Source: Eledone cirrhosa (lineage: Eukaryota). Taken from it: a DNA stretch of 64,000 nt. Of this stretch, positions 12,451 to 23,337 are shown in pieces (the stretch's first letter is position 1; the number at the start of each line of letters is the position of its first letter). Under the pieces are notes generated by a model. The model was not told where the DNA came from and made no database searches. It worked only from the letters and a program-made list of their open reading frames with translations. A program made the translations under genes and the position numbers. The stretch is from positions 134,354,001-134,418,000 of the forward strand of contig OZ024741.1 in the NCBI GenBank assembly GCA_964016885.1. Reading direction: 5' to 3'.

Positions 12451-13584
12451 TCCAAAGTACCCAGAAGTGTTTAAGTACTTAACAATTATTTGTACATAAA
12501 GGTGGGAATGGAGTTAGAGTTGGAGTAGGAACCTAGTAGACAGCAAATATGGAAACGTTTTTCTTGGGAATACTAATATCCTCTTGGCATGCATTCAAAA
12601 GGTCCAGCTACAATTTTGGATGTGAAAGAGCTGGCAAATTGTATACAGTATGGAGGTATGTTTTTTTTTTTTTCAATGGTAGAATTGTAAAAGTTGTTTT
12701 GGTAGATAACTGGTGCAGACAGGTGATTGTTACCAGTTGTTGAAGACTATGCTCTTCACCTGTATTGTGTAGTTGCAAACATTTATATGTTGCTATTTAA
12801 AAAAACAGAATTTTGCATTGAATCATGCAGATTGAGATTGAACAGATATAGAAATAAAATGCTGCAACAAAGAATATTATTAGACAAGCAATTACACTTG
12901 CAAGATATTCTCCATTTATATATTATAATCTTGATTTATAATAAGTTTCACTATAGTACACCGGGTAGAATGCTTTGCATTATTCGTTCTGGCTCTCTTC
13001 TCTCTAAGTTCAACTTTGCCTTTCATCCTTTCAAGGTCAATAAAAAAAGTACCAGTCTAGTACTGGGGTCGATTCTTCTCTGGAGGAAATCTACTGTTTT
13101 CAGACCTAGAGATGGATCGGCTCTGCCAGGCTTAAAATGCCCAAGGACCGCCATATGTCATTACAGCGTTCCTACGACTCCATCAGTCGTATATTATCAG
13201 TCATTATATTATGTAACTATCTCACTATTTGCTTCAAACACCTACACATGTTTAAAATATACCAGTTTCTATATGGGTGGATGTGTGGTGGGTGTCTGCA
13301 TGCACATACACAAACGCTCACACAGCCATACATTAACTTGTGGCTTTACATTCATTTTCCATTGAAAAAAACTGATATGCAAATATTTGTATAATATTAG
13401 GGAAAATAGTTCTAGTCAAATTCATTTAAATTGTTAATCATGCAACTATGAAATGTATGAATGACACTCAAAACTGGTTGAGAGGGAAAAAACTGTTTTT
13501 CAAGTCTGATTCATTCAGTAAATATAAAGGAATGCTTATGCTTTCATTCACACAAATATACTAATTGTTTCTTCTTTTCATGCT

Positions 13585-13860
13585 ACATCATGTATGGTTG
13601 CCAGCAAATATGTGATGAACACTTGTTCCAGCAGGTCCTGTCAGAAGCAAGCATCTCCAATTGACCCAGTTGAATCCCCAAGTGAGACCAGCTGAACTCA
13701 TAGATGTTATCCAACCATCTTCTTCAGAGTCTACTGCTGGGTCTCCTGCTAGTTGGTTTCGCCCATAAATTCTGTCCAGTGATTCTTTCCTGAAACATTC
13801 AAACCACATTTCTCTATCCTTAACCATATCTTCCAGCTTAATAAATTTACTGATTTCTTC
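13585..13860 (-). mobile_element. Probable RTE LINE 3' fragment
   Basis: Degenerate RTE C-terminal region (L..YGH..RM, RxRRRWLD-like) in shifted frames. Confidence 0.45.
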
Positions 13861-15239
13861 CAGAGAAGGAGAAAGTGAGAGAGATATAAAGGAAGAGAGA
13901 GAGAGAAATAAGAAAAATATAAAGGAAGAGAGTGAGAAATATAGAGGAAGAGAGAGATACATAGAGTGAGTGAAAGAGAAGTGAGAAAGATATAGACCCC
14001 TCAACTGGACTGGTACATTTTTTATCAACCTTGAAAGAAAGAAAAGCAAAGTTGACCTCGGTGGGATTTGGACTTAGAAAGTGAAGGCAGCTGGAAGGAA
14101 TATTGCAAAGAAGTCTTTTTGATGTTCTAATGACCCTCTCAATTCACCACACTGGCCCAACATCCAACACCTACCACTCATTACATACACAGGCCCTCCA
14201 TAGTGTGGGGATGTGAACCTCGGGCCTGATTAAACTAAATACAGAACACTTAAGTCTCAGTTATCTGAAACTAAATGTCAATTCCACTTCATGATTACAT
14301 CAGATGAACTGAGTCACTTGACCCCTGGGAAATCAGATAAACAATAAGAAGGTTGACACCAATCAATATGGGTCAAAAGGGCACTACTGAAGATATATTT
14401 AACCCCTGGTTGGTCCTCATCCAACAGACCTATGATCAAACTTATTTCAGCTTAGGTATATCTATACCTGCATTGTGTGGATTATTTCTGTAAGATGGTA
14501 AGGTGTGATTTTATTTGAGGGAAATTTAGCTACCATTTCTAGTAGTTTAAACAATCATTTAGTAGAGAGAGAAAATGAGCTTAGTGGAGACTATAGCTTT
14601 TATAAGTGTCCAACACTGTATGCTCACAAATCATTGCTTATATTAACTATAAACTAGTGGACCAGTGCTGTCAATAGTGATGACAATAGCATCAAACTTT
14701 ATATAACTAGTAGATCAGTGCTGTCAATAATGTCAAACATATATGATTTTTGGAGTCCAGAATTGGTATGACATATATACCAAGATTACTGGATATATGA
14801 ACAATCATTGAAGTAGTGATGTTATTACTGTATTAAATATTTTATTTCTCATATTTTGTCTCATAAAATATTTCTTTTATTCTCTAAACAGATTTGTAGA
14901 ATCCAAACCAATCATAACTTAACAAAGGTCCTTACATAAAACTATAACTGAAAATGTTTAGATAAATATAAACACTTGAAAATGTGTAGGTTTGTATTGT
15001 AAAACAAAGGGTGAGTGTATCAAACAGTTTGGTATTAAAAGAGTTAATTAAGGGTTCAAAAGTGGTTCCAAACTAGTGAGAGCTCTGTACAAGACACACT
15101 TTACTGCATTATCTAGATCAGTCATGGGCAAACTGTGGCCCATTTGGTTTTCTGAATGGCATGCCTAATTTCAAAATTGCCTTGAAGTTTTTAGTAATGC
15201 AGCTCACCTTATGATAAGCCATATCCTATGTGACCCACT

Positions 15240-15495
15240 TGTGGGTATGGTGTGGCGTGCGGTGGCCGGAGGCGGGGGTAGTGCTCGACCGGAAGGGGTT
15301 TTTGGCCGGAAGGATGCTCGACCGGAAGGGCCAGGAGAGAGCCTCTCTCTAGTGGTGACCAGCACACGGTGTGGACGCGCGTTTTGGGCAGCTCCCGGTG
15401 TTAAGCAGTCGGACGCACGTGGAAGGGGAGTACCTGCAGTGGAATTTAGTGGCGCCTGTGAAAAGCGGTAAGTGAGATAGCTTTTTCTAACCACA
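15240..15495 (+). repeat. 5' LTR (256 bp)
   Basis: TGTGG...CCACA termini; direct repeat of 19111-19390. Confidence 0.96.
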
Positions 15496-15552
15496 AGCTA
15501 TTTCGGCGACTGAAAAAAAAAAGAAAACACTTGCCGCAAAACAAATCAGAAG

Positions 15553-16300
15553 ATGGCGACAAGACTACGGATGAACGAAGCTATCAGGGCATTCACTGGG
15601 GAAGGTGATGTTGTCGCTTGGCTGCGGAAGGTTCGGCTGGTCGCAGGCTTGCAGAAGGTAGAAGACGTGGCCGGCCTCATGGCATTGTACCTCGAGGGCG
15701 ACGCGCTGGTACTTTTCCTTGAGTTGGACGAGCACAGCCAAAGAGATGTGCAGAAGATTGAGAGGCGTCTGATGGATGCATTCGCCGAGGGACCATTGGC
15801 GGCTTTTGCTAAGCTGGCGAGAATCAGGTGGAATGGTGAGCGCGTCGACATTTTCGCAGCGGAAATAAGGCGGTTGGCTATGTTGGCCGGTTACCAGGCG
15901 GAATGCGAACACACGGTGCGGTTGGCGTTCATCAATGGATTTCCGGACGACATAGCGGTGAAACTGCAGCAAGTCCTGGGGTATAAAGAGATGGAAATGC
16001 GTTCACTGGTGGAACAAGCCCGGATCATAGCGGAAGATGCCAAAAAGAGTGTTGCGGCGATAGCGACTACGGAGGCTCAGGACACCTGGCAGCGAAATGG
16101 TGAAAGGGAGGCAACCTCGGCGCGCGAATTTAGGGTGCGCTGTTTTAGGTGCCAGGGCCCGCATATGGCTAGAGACTAGAGAGTCGAAGCCGGAGATAAT
16201 TTGCTACCGGTGTAAGCGACCAGGCCACATCGCTACTAACTGCGACCAAGGAAACGATCCAAGGGGAACTACTGCGCCGGTAGTTGCCTCTTACGAGTAG
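15553..16300 (+). pseudogene. gag: gag with two CCHC zinc knuckles, broken by a frameshift near 16177
   Basis: CFRCQGPHMARD* followed by CYRCKRPGHIATNC in another frame; restoring 2 nt joins them. Confidence 0.85.
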
Positions 16301-19097
16301 CGGCGCTGCCCGTGGTGGAAGTCTTCGTGAGGGGGAAGCCACAGCGAGCCCTCGTGGATACGGGCTGTACGACGACACTGGTGACCGCAGAGGTGGGGAG
16401 GGAAGAGCAGCGTAAGGGCAGTCGACAGCAGGAAAATTGAATGCCGAGGTCGCAGCGAGATGGAAATAGCGGTACGGGGAAGGACGATAAGGCTTTCCGC
16501 CATCGTGGTAGACAGTGTGGTGGATGGGATCGGCGTGGTTATGGGCATGGACGCGATTGGCCGTCTAGGGGGCGTCACGGTGAACAATGTCGGTGTGTCG
16601 TTTGGCGCTGCTGCATCGGTATGCACTGTGAGTGCACGTCATGAGAACCAGAAGGCCCACGAGGAAGAATACCCCGCTTACACGTACAGGACAAAGACTT
16701 CAAGGCCGTGTTTGATGGGCAGTGATGGGTTGTTGAGTGGTACTGGAAGGGAGAACCACCAACACTGAAGACCAAAGTGGGCTGCTATCAACACACATTG
16801 AAGGGAAACGCTAGGAGCGAGAAGTAGAGAGATGGATCGAAGAGGGCATACTGCTTCCCTGGAAGGAGGAGGTGAAGTGCGGAGTATTGCCGTTGATGGC
16901 GGTGGTGCAACCCACGAAGAGCAAGGTGAGGCCGGTGCTGGACTATCGAGAGCTGAACGAGCACGTGTCATGCCACACGGGTGGCGAGGTCACGGATGTC
17001 TGTGGGGAAACCCTGCATGAGTGGAGACGCATGACGGGGGGTTCAGCGATCGTGGATCTAAAGTCGGCTTACTTGCAGTTGCATATAGATGAGAAGCTCT
17101 GGCGGTATCAGCTGGTCAGGTATAAGGGCCGGACATATTGCCTGACCAGGCTCGGTTTCGGGCTGAGCTCCGCACCGAAGATCATGGCGGCGGTCCTCAA
17201 GACCGCTCTGGGGAGGGCCGACAAGATAAAGAGGGCTACTAACTCCTATATTGACGACATCCTAGTGGACGAGTCGGTGGTGTCGACGGCGGAGGTCACG
17301 AGCCATTTGCGGAGGTATGGACTGACTGCGAAGCCATCAGAAGCATTGGAGGGAGGAGCCGCGCTGGGACTTAGGCTACGGCGAGATAAGACGGGCGTTT
17401 TGGTGTTCCAGAGGGGAAACGAATTTCCGGAACTGGGCCCAAGTATAAATAGGCGGGAGCTTTTCTCGGTGTGTGGAAAGCTGGTGGGTCACTACCCGAT
17501 CGCTGGGTGGCTCCGGACGGCATGCAGCTATGTCAAGAGACGAGCGGGAGGGGTGACTTGGAGTGACAGAGTGGGAGAGATAACGGTGGCCATGATGCAG
17601 GAGATCATGGGGAGGGTGAAGGCCGACGACCCAGTGTGGGGACGCTGGTACGTTCCCAAATCACGGAGCGGGACCGTATGGTGCGATACCAGCAGCATAG
17701 CGCTGGGTGTCACATTGGAGATAGGAGGTGTTGAGGTCGAGGATGCAGCCTGGCTTAGAAAGAAGGACGACTGCAGCCACATCAATGTGGCCGAGCTGGA
17801 CACGGTGTTGAGAGGGGTGAACCTCGCCCTGCGGTGGGGGCTGTGCACCATCGAGATACGCACCGACTCGGCTACTGTACTCGGATGGGTAAGATCAGTG
17901 CTCACCAGTGAGAAGAGAGTGCGAACGAGAGGCGCGGCGGAGATGCTGATAAAGCGCCGCCTGGGAACGTTAGAAGAGCTGGCTACCGAGTTCAAGCTGA
18001 GCGTAGTGTTCGTGCCCTCAGAGAAAAATAGGGCGGACATCTTAACTAGAGTGAAGAAAGCCTGGATGGAAGCGCCGGAGGAGGTAGAGGATGAGATAGC
18101 TGCCGTGTGTCGGCTGACCGAGTTAGACCTGAAGGGGTTGCATGACATGCACCACATGGGGGTGGATAGGAGCCTGTTCCTAGCCAGGAGAATCGACTCG
18201 GACGTTAGCAGACACAGTGTTCGGGGAGTGGTTAGAGGCTGCGTCCGATGTCAGTCCATTGATCCCGCCCCGGGTGTACACGAAACGGGAAGCTTCCCGG
18301 TGGATCGCGACTGGAAGCGATTAGCGGTGGATGTGACGCACTACCGGCAGGGAACGTACCTCTCGATGGTCGACTGTGGACCAGGTCGAATGGCGATATG
18401 GAGGGAGATGAAGACTGGAACTGCCGAGGAAATCGTGCGGACGTTGAGAGAGGTGTTCTTGGAGCGGGGCCCTGTGGATGAACTGCTGATGGACAACAGC
18501 GCAGCGTTCCGCTCGGAGGCACTGAGGGAGATGCTCGATGGATGGAAGGTGGACCGTTTCTTCAGAGCGGCGCACAGGCCGAGCGGGAATGGAATCGTGG
18601 AGCGACACCACCGGACGATCAAGGCAATGGCGGAGCGGGGCCATATCTCACCAATGGAGGCAGTGTTCTGGTACAATATGTCCCCTTGGGTTGGACAGGT
18701 CGAGGAATCGGTGCCACATAGAGCAGCATTCAAATACGAGTGGCGGCACCCGTGCACGCCACCACAACGGCCAGTGGGGAGAGAGAGTGCATTCGTGCAG
18801 GTGGACGAAGAAGTCTGGGTTAAGCCCCCAGATGCACGTTGCACATCTCAATGGGGAAGGGGAACGGTGACGGCCGTAAATTCAAAGAACAATGTGTCCG
18901 TGGACGGGGTACCACGTCATGTCCTGGATGTAACAAGAATTACTGTGTCGACGGACTCTGAGGAAGAGGAAACCCAAGATGAGGTGGAAACCCAGAGCTC
19001 TGCCCCAATACTACGAAGATCGCAACGAAGTTGTAGACCACCGACCTGGACAGCAGACTTTCATATGCAGAGGGACGAGGGGGAAATTGATCCTTGA
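16249..19097 (+). pseudogene. pol: pol: protease (frameshifted) plus open 741-aa RT-RNaseH-integrase ORF (16872-19097)
   Basis: Protease ALVDTG; RT VDLKSAY, LGFGL, YIDD; RNase H CDTS, HINVAEL, TDS, NRAD; integrase HH..CxxC and D-D-E (AVDVT, LMDNS, NGIVERHHRTIK). Confidence 0.93.
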
Positions 19098-19110
19098 GAT
19101 CAGGGGGGCG

Positions 19111-19390
19111 TGTGGGTATGGTGTGGCGTGTGGTGGCCGGAGGCGGGGGAGTGCTCGACCGGAAGGGCTTTTTGAGTGCTCAACCGGAAGGGGTTTTTGG
19201 CCGGAAGGATGCTCGACCGGAAGGGCCAGGAGAGGGCCTCTCTCTAGTGGTGACCAGCACACGGTGTGGACGCGAGTTTTGGGCAGATCCCGGTGTTAAG
19301 CAGTCGGACGCACGTGGAAGAGGAGTACCTGCAGTGGAATTTAGCGGCGCCTGTGAAAAGCGGTAAGTGAGATAGCTTTTTCTAACCACA
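19111..19390 (+). repeat. 3' LTR (280 bp)
   Basis: Preceded by PPT-like GAGATCAGGGGGGCG. Differs from the 5' LTR by about 6 substitutions, a 1-bp indel and one extra ~25-bp unit. Confidence 0.96.
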
Positions 19391-20589
19391 CCACTGTTCA
19401 CAGGTGATACTCATACTTCATGGTTGACACTACCTATATGTTAGAAATAATGTTTAAAATAATCAAGAATTTGAAAGGATTTAGTAATGTAACTTTCTCA
19501 TTACTATACAGGTGTTTGGAGCATAACTTAATGATTCTTACATAAAATTATAATAGAATATTTTTAGATAAATATAAACACTTAAAAATGAGTAAGTTTG
19601 TATTGTAGAACCAGGGGTAGGCAGTATCACGCAGTTTGATGCCAGTTCCTCCAAGGTCCGACAGAAGTAAATTATTTCATGGTGTATCAAACCAGTTAAC
19701 CGTCTCATTACCATATTTATAATAAAATACAAGGTATTTGAATTAATTAATGAAGAATTTGGAAGGATTTATTAAAATTATTGATTAGTTCATTATTAAA
19801 ACAGTATTTTTAATAAACAAAAAGGAACCTTTTAAAATAGGTGGCTCTGTTTAATAGAAACAACACTGGTTTGAGATTAATGGTTAAAGTTCACAAGTTC
19901 TATTCTGAATACTCGAGGCAACAATCATTTTCACCCTCAATCCTTCTGAAACTGCTAAGAAGATGTGTGAAACCATTTTCCTTGGCTTGCCCTTTCACAT
20001 TCCTTATACTAAACCCATAACTTCAAAACACCAAATTGGTTTACCTACAACACTGTTTACAATTCCTGGAGACTTGTACTCGCCACTGCAATATATGTAA
20101 GACCTGCAAATATGAAAGTGCATGGCTTAGTGGTTAGAGTGTTGGGCTTACAATTGTAACGTTGTGAGTTCAATTCCCAGACCAGGCAGTGTATTGTGTC
20201 CTTGAGCAAGACACCTTATTTTACATTGTTCCAGTTCACTCAGCTAGAAAATAAGAGTTTCAACGTCACTAGTGTCAAGCTGTATTGGCCTTTGCCTTTC
20301 CCTCGAACATCATATATAGTGTGTATGTATGTATATATGTGTGTGTATATATATATATAGAGAGAGAGAGATGGTCACCCGACCCAACTTGCCTCTAAAT
20401 GGGACAAACCCGTCTAACCCATGCTAGTGTGGAAGACAGACATTAAACGATGATGATGATATACACACATACATATATATTTATATGAGTTGCAATGTCA
20501 CTGGTGCCAAGCTGTATCGGCCTTTGCCTTTTCCTCAGACATCATATATAGTGTGTATATGTATATATATATATATATATAGTAACCCA

Positions 20590-22110
20590 CATAGTCATTC
20601 AGGTAATGACTAGCACAGCAGTTCAATCATAAATTGCTACAAGGGTAAAGGTGATGCTCTAGAAAGGAGCAACTACAGAGGAATAAAACTAAAGGACCAA
20701 GTTATGAGAATACCGAAAAGAGTTATAGCACAGCTAATTGGGAAAAGAGTAGAGTGAGATGAGATGCAGTTCAATTTTGTACTTGGAAAAAATACTACAG
20801 ATGCCTTCTTCTTAGTGAGGCAACTATAAGAGAAGTTCCTAGCCAAGAATAAGCTGCTATATTTAGCTTTTCTTATCTAGAAAAGACTTTGACAGAGTAT
20901 CTCATTTTGTTATTTGGTGATACTTAAGAAAATTAGGAGTAGAAGAATGGCTGGTGAGAGCAGTGCAAGTCATGTACAGAGGAGCTGTCAGTAAAGTGAG
21001 AGAAGGATGTTAGTTTAGTAAGGAATTCAAGGTACAGGTAGGTGTTCATCAAGGTTCAATTCTTAGCCCACTGTTGTTCATCATCGACCTCCAGGCTATA
21101 ACAGAGGAGTTTAAAACTGGCTGCCAATGGGAACTTCTATAAGCAATTGATTTGGTTCTTATAGCTGAATCCATAAAAGAACTAGAAAATAAGTTCTGAC
21201 TATGGAAACAAATTCTGAATCAAAAGGTTCGAAAGTAAACTTAGCCAAGACTAAAGTGCTCATAAGTAGGAAATAACATAGGACCTGATTCCCCTCATGG
21301 AGGTTGCCCTGATAAATATGTAGAAAAGGAGTAGGCATAAACTCTATATGATATACACAATGTTAATCTTGGATACACAAGATATGCAGACTAACAGGAA
21401 GGAAAGACTTTGTATGTAAAGGGTGCACAGGGGTAATTGAGGGGAAGAGCATCAGTGATATATAACTTTCCCAACCCCATGAAAGATCCATAGAAGTGGT
21501 TGATAGCTTCTGTTATCTAGGTGGCCTAATTAGCAGTGTGTGTGTGGGGGGGGGGGGTGCTTTGAGAGCATAATAGCTAGAATAAAGATAGGATGGAAGA
21601 AGTTTAGAGCTATTTCCACTGTTGACTACAAAAGATTTCTCCCTACGTACAAAAGGACGACTGTATGACACCTGTTAGTGATATGTGATGTTATATGGTA
21701 GTGAAACATGGGCAGTGACTGCAGAGATGTGTAGGCTGGAGAGAAATGAAGCAGCTATGCTTTGTTGGATGTGCAATGTAAATGTGAGATAAAGGCAGAG
21801 CTTGGATGAACTGAGTGAGAAACTGGGTTTAAGAGGAATCCGAAGTGGTGTGCAAGAGAGAAGATTGCACTAGTATGGACATGTGATGTGCATGGATGAT
21901 GATCACAGGGAAAAGTGCCAGAAAATCCGCAGTAGAAGTTGACCAGCGAAGACATAGGTGGTGGTGGTGGTGAGAGCTGATCTGAAATCGATTAGACTAA
22001 CAGAGGCAATGACGAAGGAATGTGGTGAGTGGAGAAATGCTGTGCTGAAGAGGACCCATCCAACCCATGTAAGTGTGGCAAAACAGATACAAAAATGATG
22101 ATGATGATGA
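20590..22110 (+). mobile_element. Decayed RTE-clade LINE, same family as 1435-3712, with (ATG)n tail
   Basis: KGKGDALERSNYRGIKL, QVGVHQGSILSPLLF, GCQWELL, VVDSFCYLG, MLYGSETW; the 3' end runs into (ATG)n. Confidence 0.87.
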
Positions 22111-22415
22111 TACATATGGTGTATACATGAGTTGCGACATCACTGGTGCCAAGCTATCGGCCATTGGTTTTCCCTTGGACAACATTAGTGGCATGGAGAG
22201 GGCAGACAGGTATGTATGAGTGACTAGTGGGCTTTCACAAACAACCTTACCCAGGCTTTGTGCTTCAGAGGGAAACATTCTAGGTGCAAAACCCATGGTC
22301 ATTCAACCAAAAGGAGTCTTTAATTACAATGTATACAATATCTGGAAACATGTCCACACCACTGAAATGTATGTAAAACCACAACAAGAATAGTAAAATA
22401 TATCCTCATGTATCA

Positions 22416-22581
22416 CATAACCAGGAAGCTGAAGATGTTGACACCTTGTCACAAAAATCTTTACCTACCATCTTCATAGCTAGGAAGCTGAAGATTTTGA
22501 TCCCTTGTCACAAAGATCTTTACCATCTTCATAACCAAGAAGCTGAAGATTTTGACCCATTGTCAAGATCTTTACCATCTT
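22416..22581. repeat. ~55-bp tandem repeat x3
   Basis: CATAACCAGGAAGCTGAAGATTTTGA.CC.TTGTCACAAAGATCTTTACCATCTT units. Confidence 0.8.
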
Positions 22582-23191
22582 TGTGGAATCCTTCAACTCA
22601 TTGCTCCACAACCGAAATGACAGCACTAGTGCCAAAAAAGACATTTATTGCTCACTTTACCACTAATGCATTTGCAGGTTGCAATCCTAAGCTGGTAAGA
22701 CAAATGAGGGGGCTGCAACTGCAACCTCCATATGCAATGGGCACTACCCCTTCTGACAAACTTATATCAAGAAAAATTTAAAAGACACACAAAAGAAAAT
22801 TACAAAATTAGTAAAAACTAAATGCTTTATATGAAATAATTTAGCAGTGCTGGTAACATGAGAAACACACTCAGTACAATCTGTGTAGTGGTAGTACTGG
22901 TGCCACAAAAAATGCAACCAATACACTCTAAAAAGCGGTAGTGCTGGTGCCACAAAAAAATGCTCCCAGTAGACTCTGTAAAGTGGTAGTGGCGGTAGTG
23001 GTACACAAAAAATAAAACACACCCAGTACACCCAGTGAGGTGGGGTGAAATTACGAAGGGTATCCAGCTGTAGGAATCATGCCAAATAATGCACATATGA
23101 GCAAGATGAGGTCAATCTGACCTATCTGGTTTCGAACTGTAACAACTTGTCCAACCCAAGTGGACATATAATGATGGCAGTGAATTAAGTT

Positions 23192-23337
23192 CTAAACAAC
23201 AGTTGAAGAATCCCAGCAATAATGGTGTTGCCTTTCTAATTGGTTAATCTTCTTCAGGTCTTCCTCATCAAGTTGAAATGAAAAGATGTCTGCATTCTCT
23301 GTGACATGCTGTAAATTGGCAGATCTTGGTAAAATTC
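23192..23337 (-). CDS. AKR exon 8 (GILPRS...YCWDSSTVV*)
   Basis: TTTTCCAG acceptor; TAG stop at 23194-23192. Confidence 0.93.

Larger units (their letters stand above)
15240..19390 (+). mobile_element. Full-length Ty3/gypsy LTR retrotransposon (~4.15 kb), inactivated by frameshifts
   Basis: Two TG...CA LTRs, 5-bp TSD CCACT (15235-15239 / 19391-19395), purine tract before the 3' LTR, and gag-PR-RT-RNaseH-IN domain order. Confidence 0.97.

Noticed and set aside
12727-13365. 212-aa ORF
   Set aside because: Non-ATG start, runs through a SINE fragment, and has no recognisable domain.
17528-18870. Long antisense and alternative-frame ORFs within pol
   Set aside because: Expected shadow ORFs in GC-rich coding sequence.
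20045-20103. Possible 59-nt minus-strand exon (TTTGCAG...GTAAAC)
   Set aside because: It lies downstream of the AKR stop and no frame resembles a known protein.
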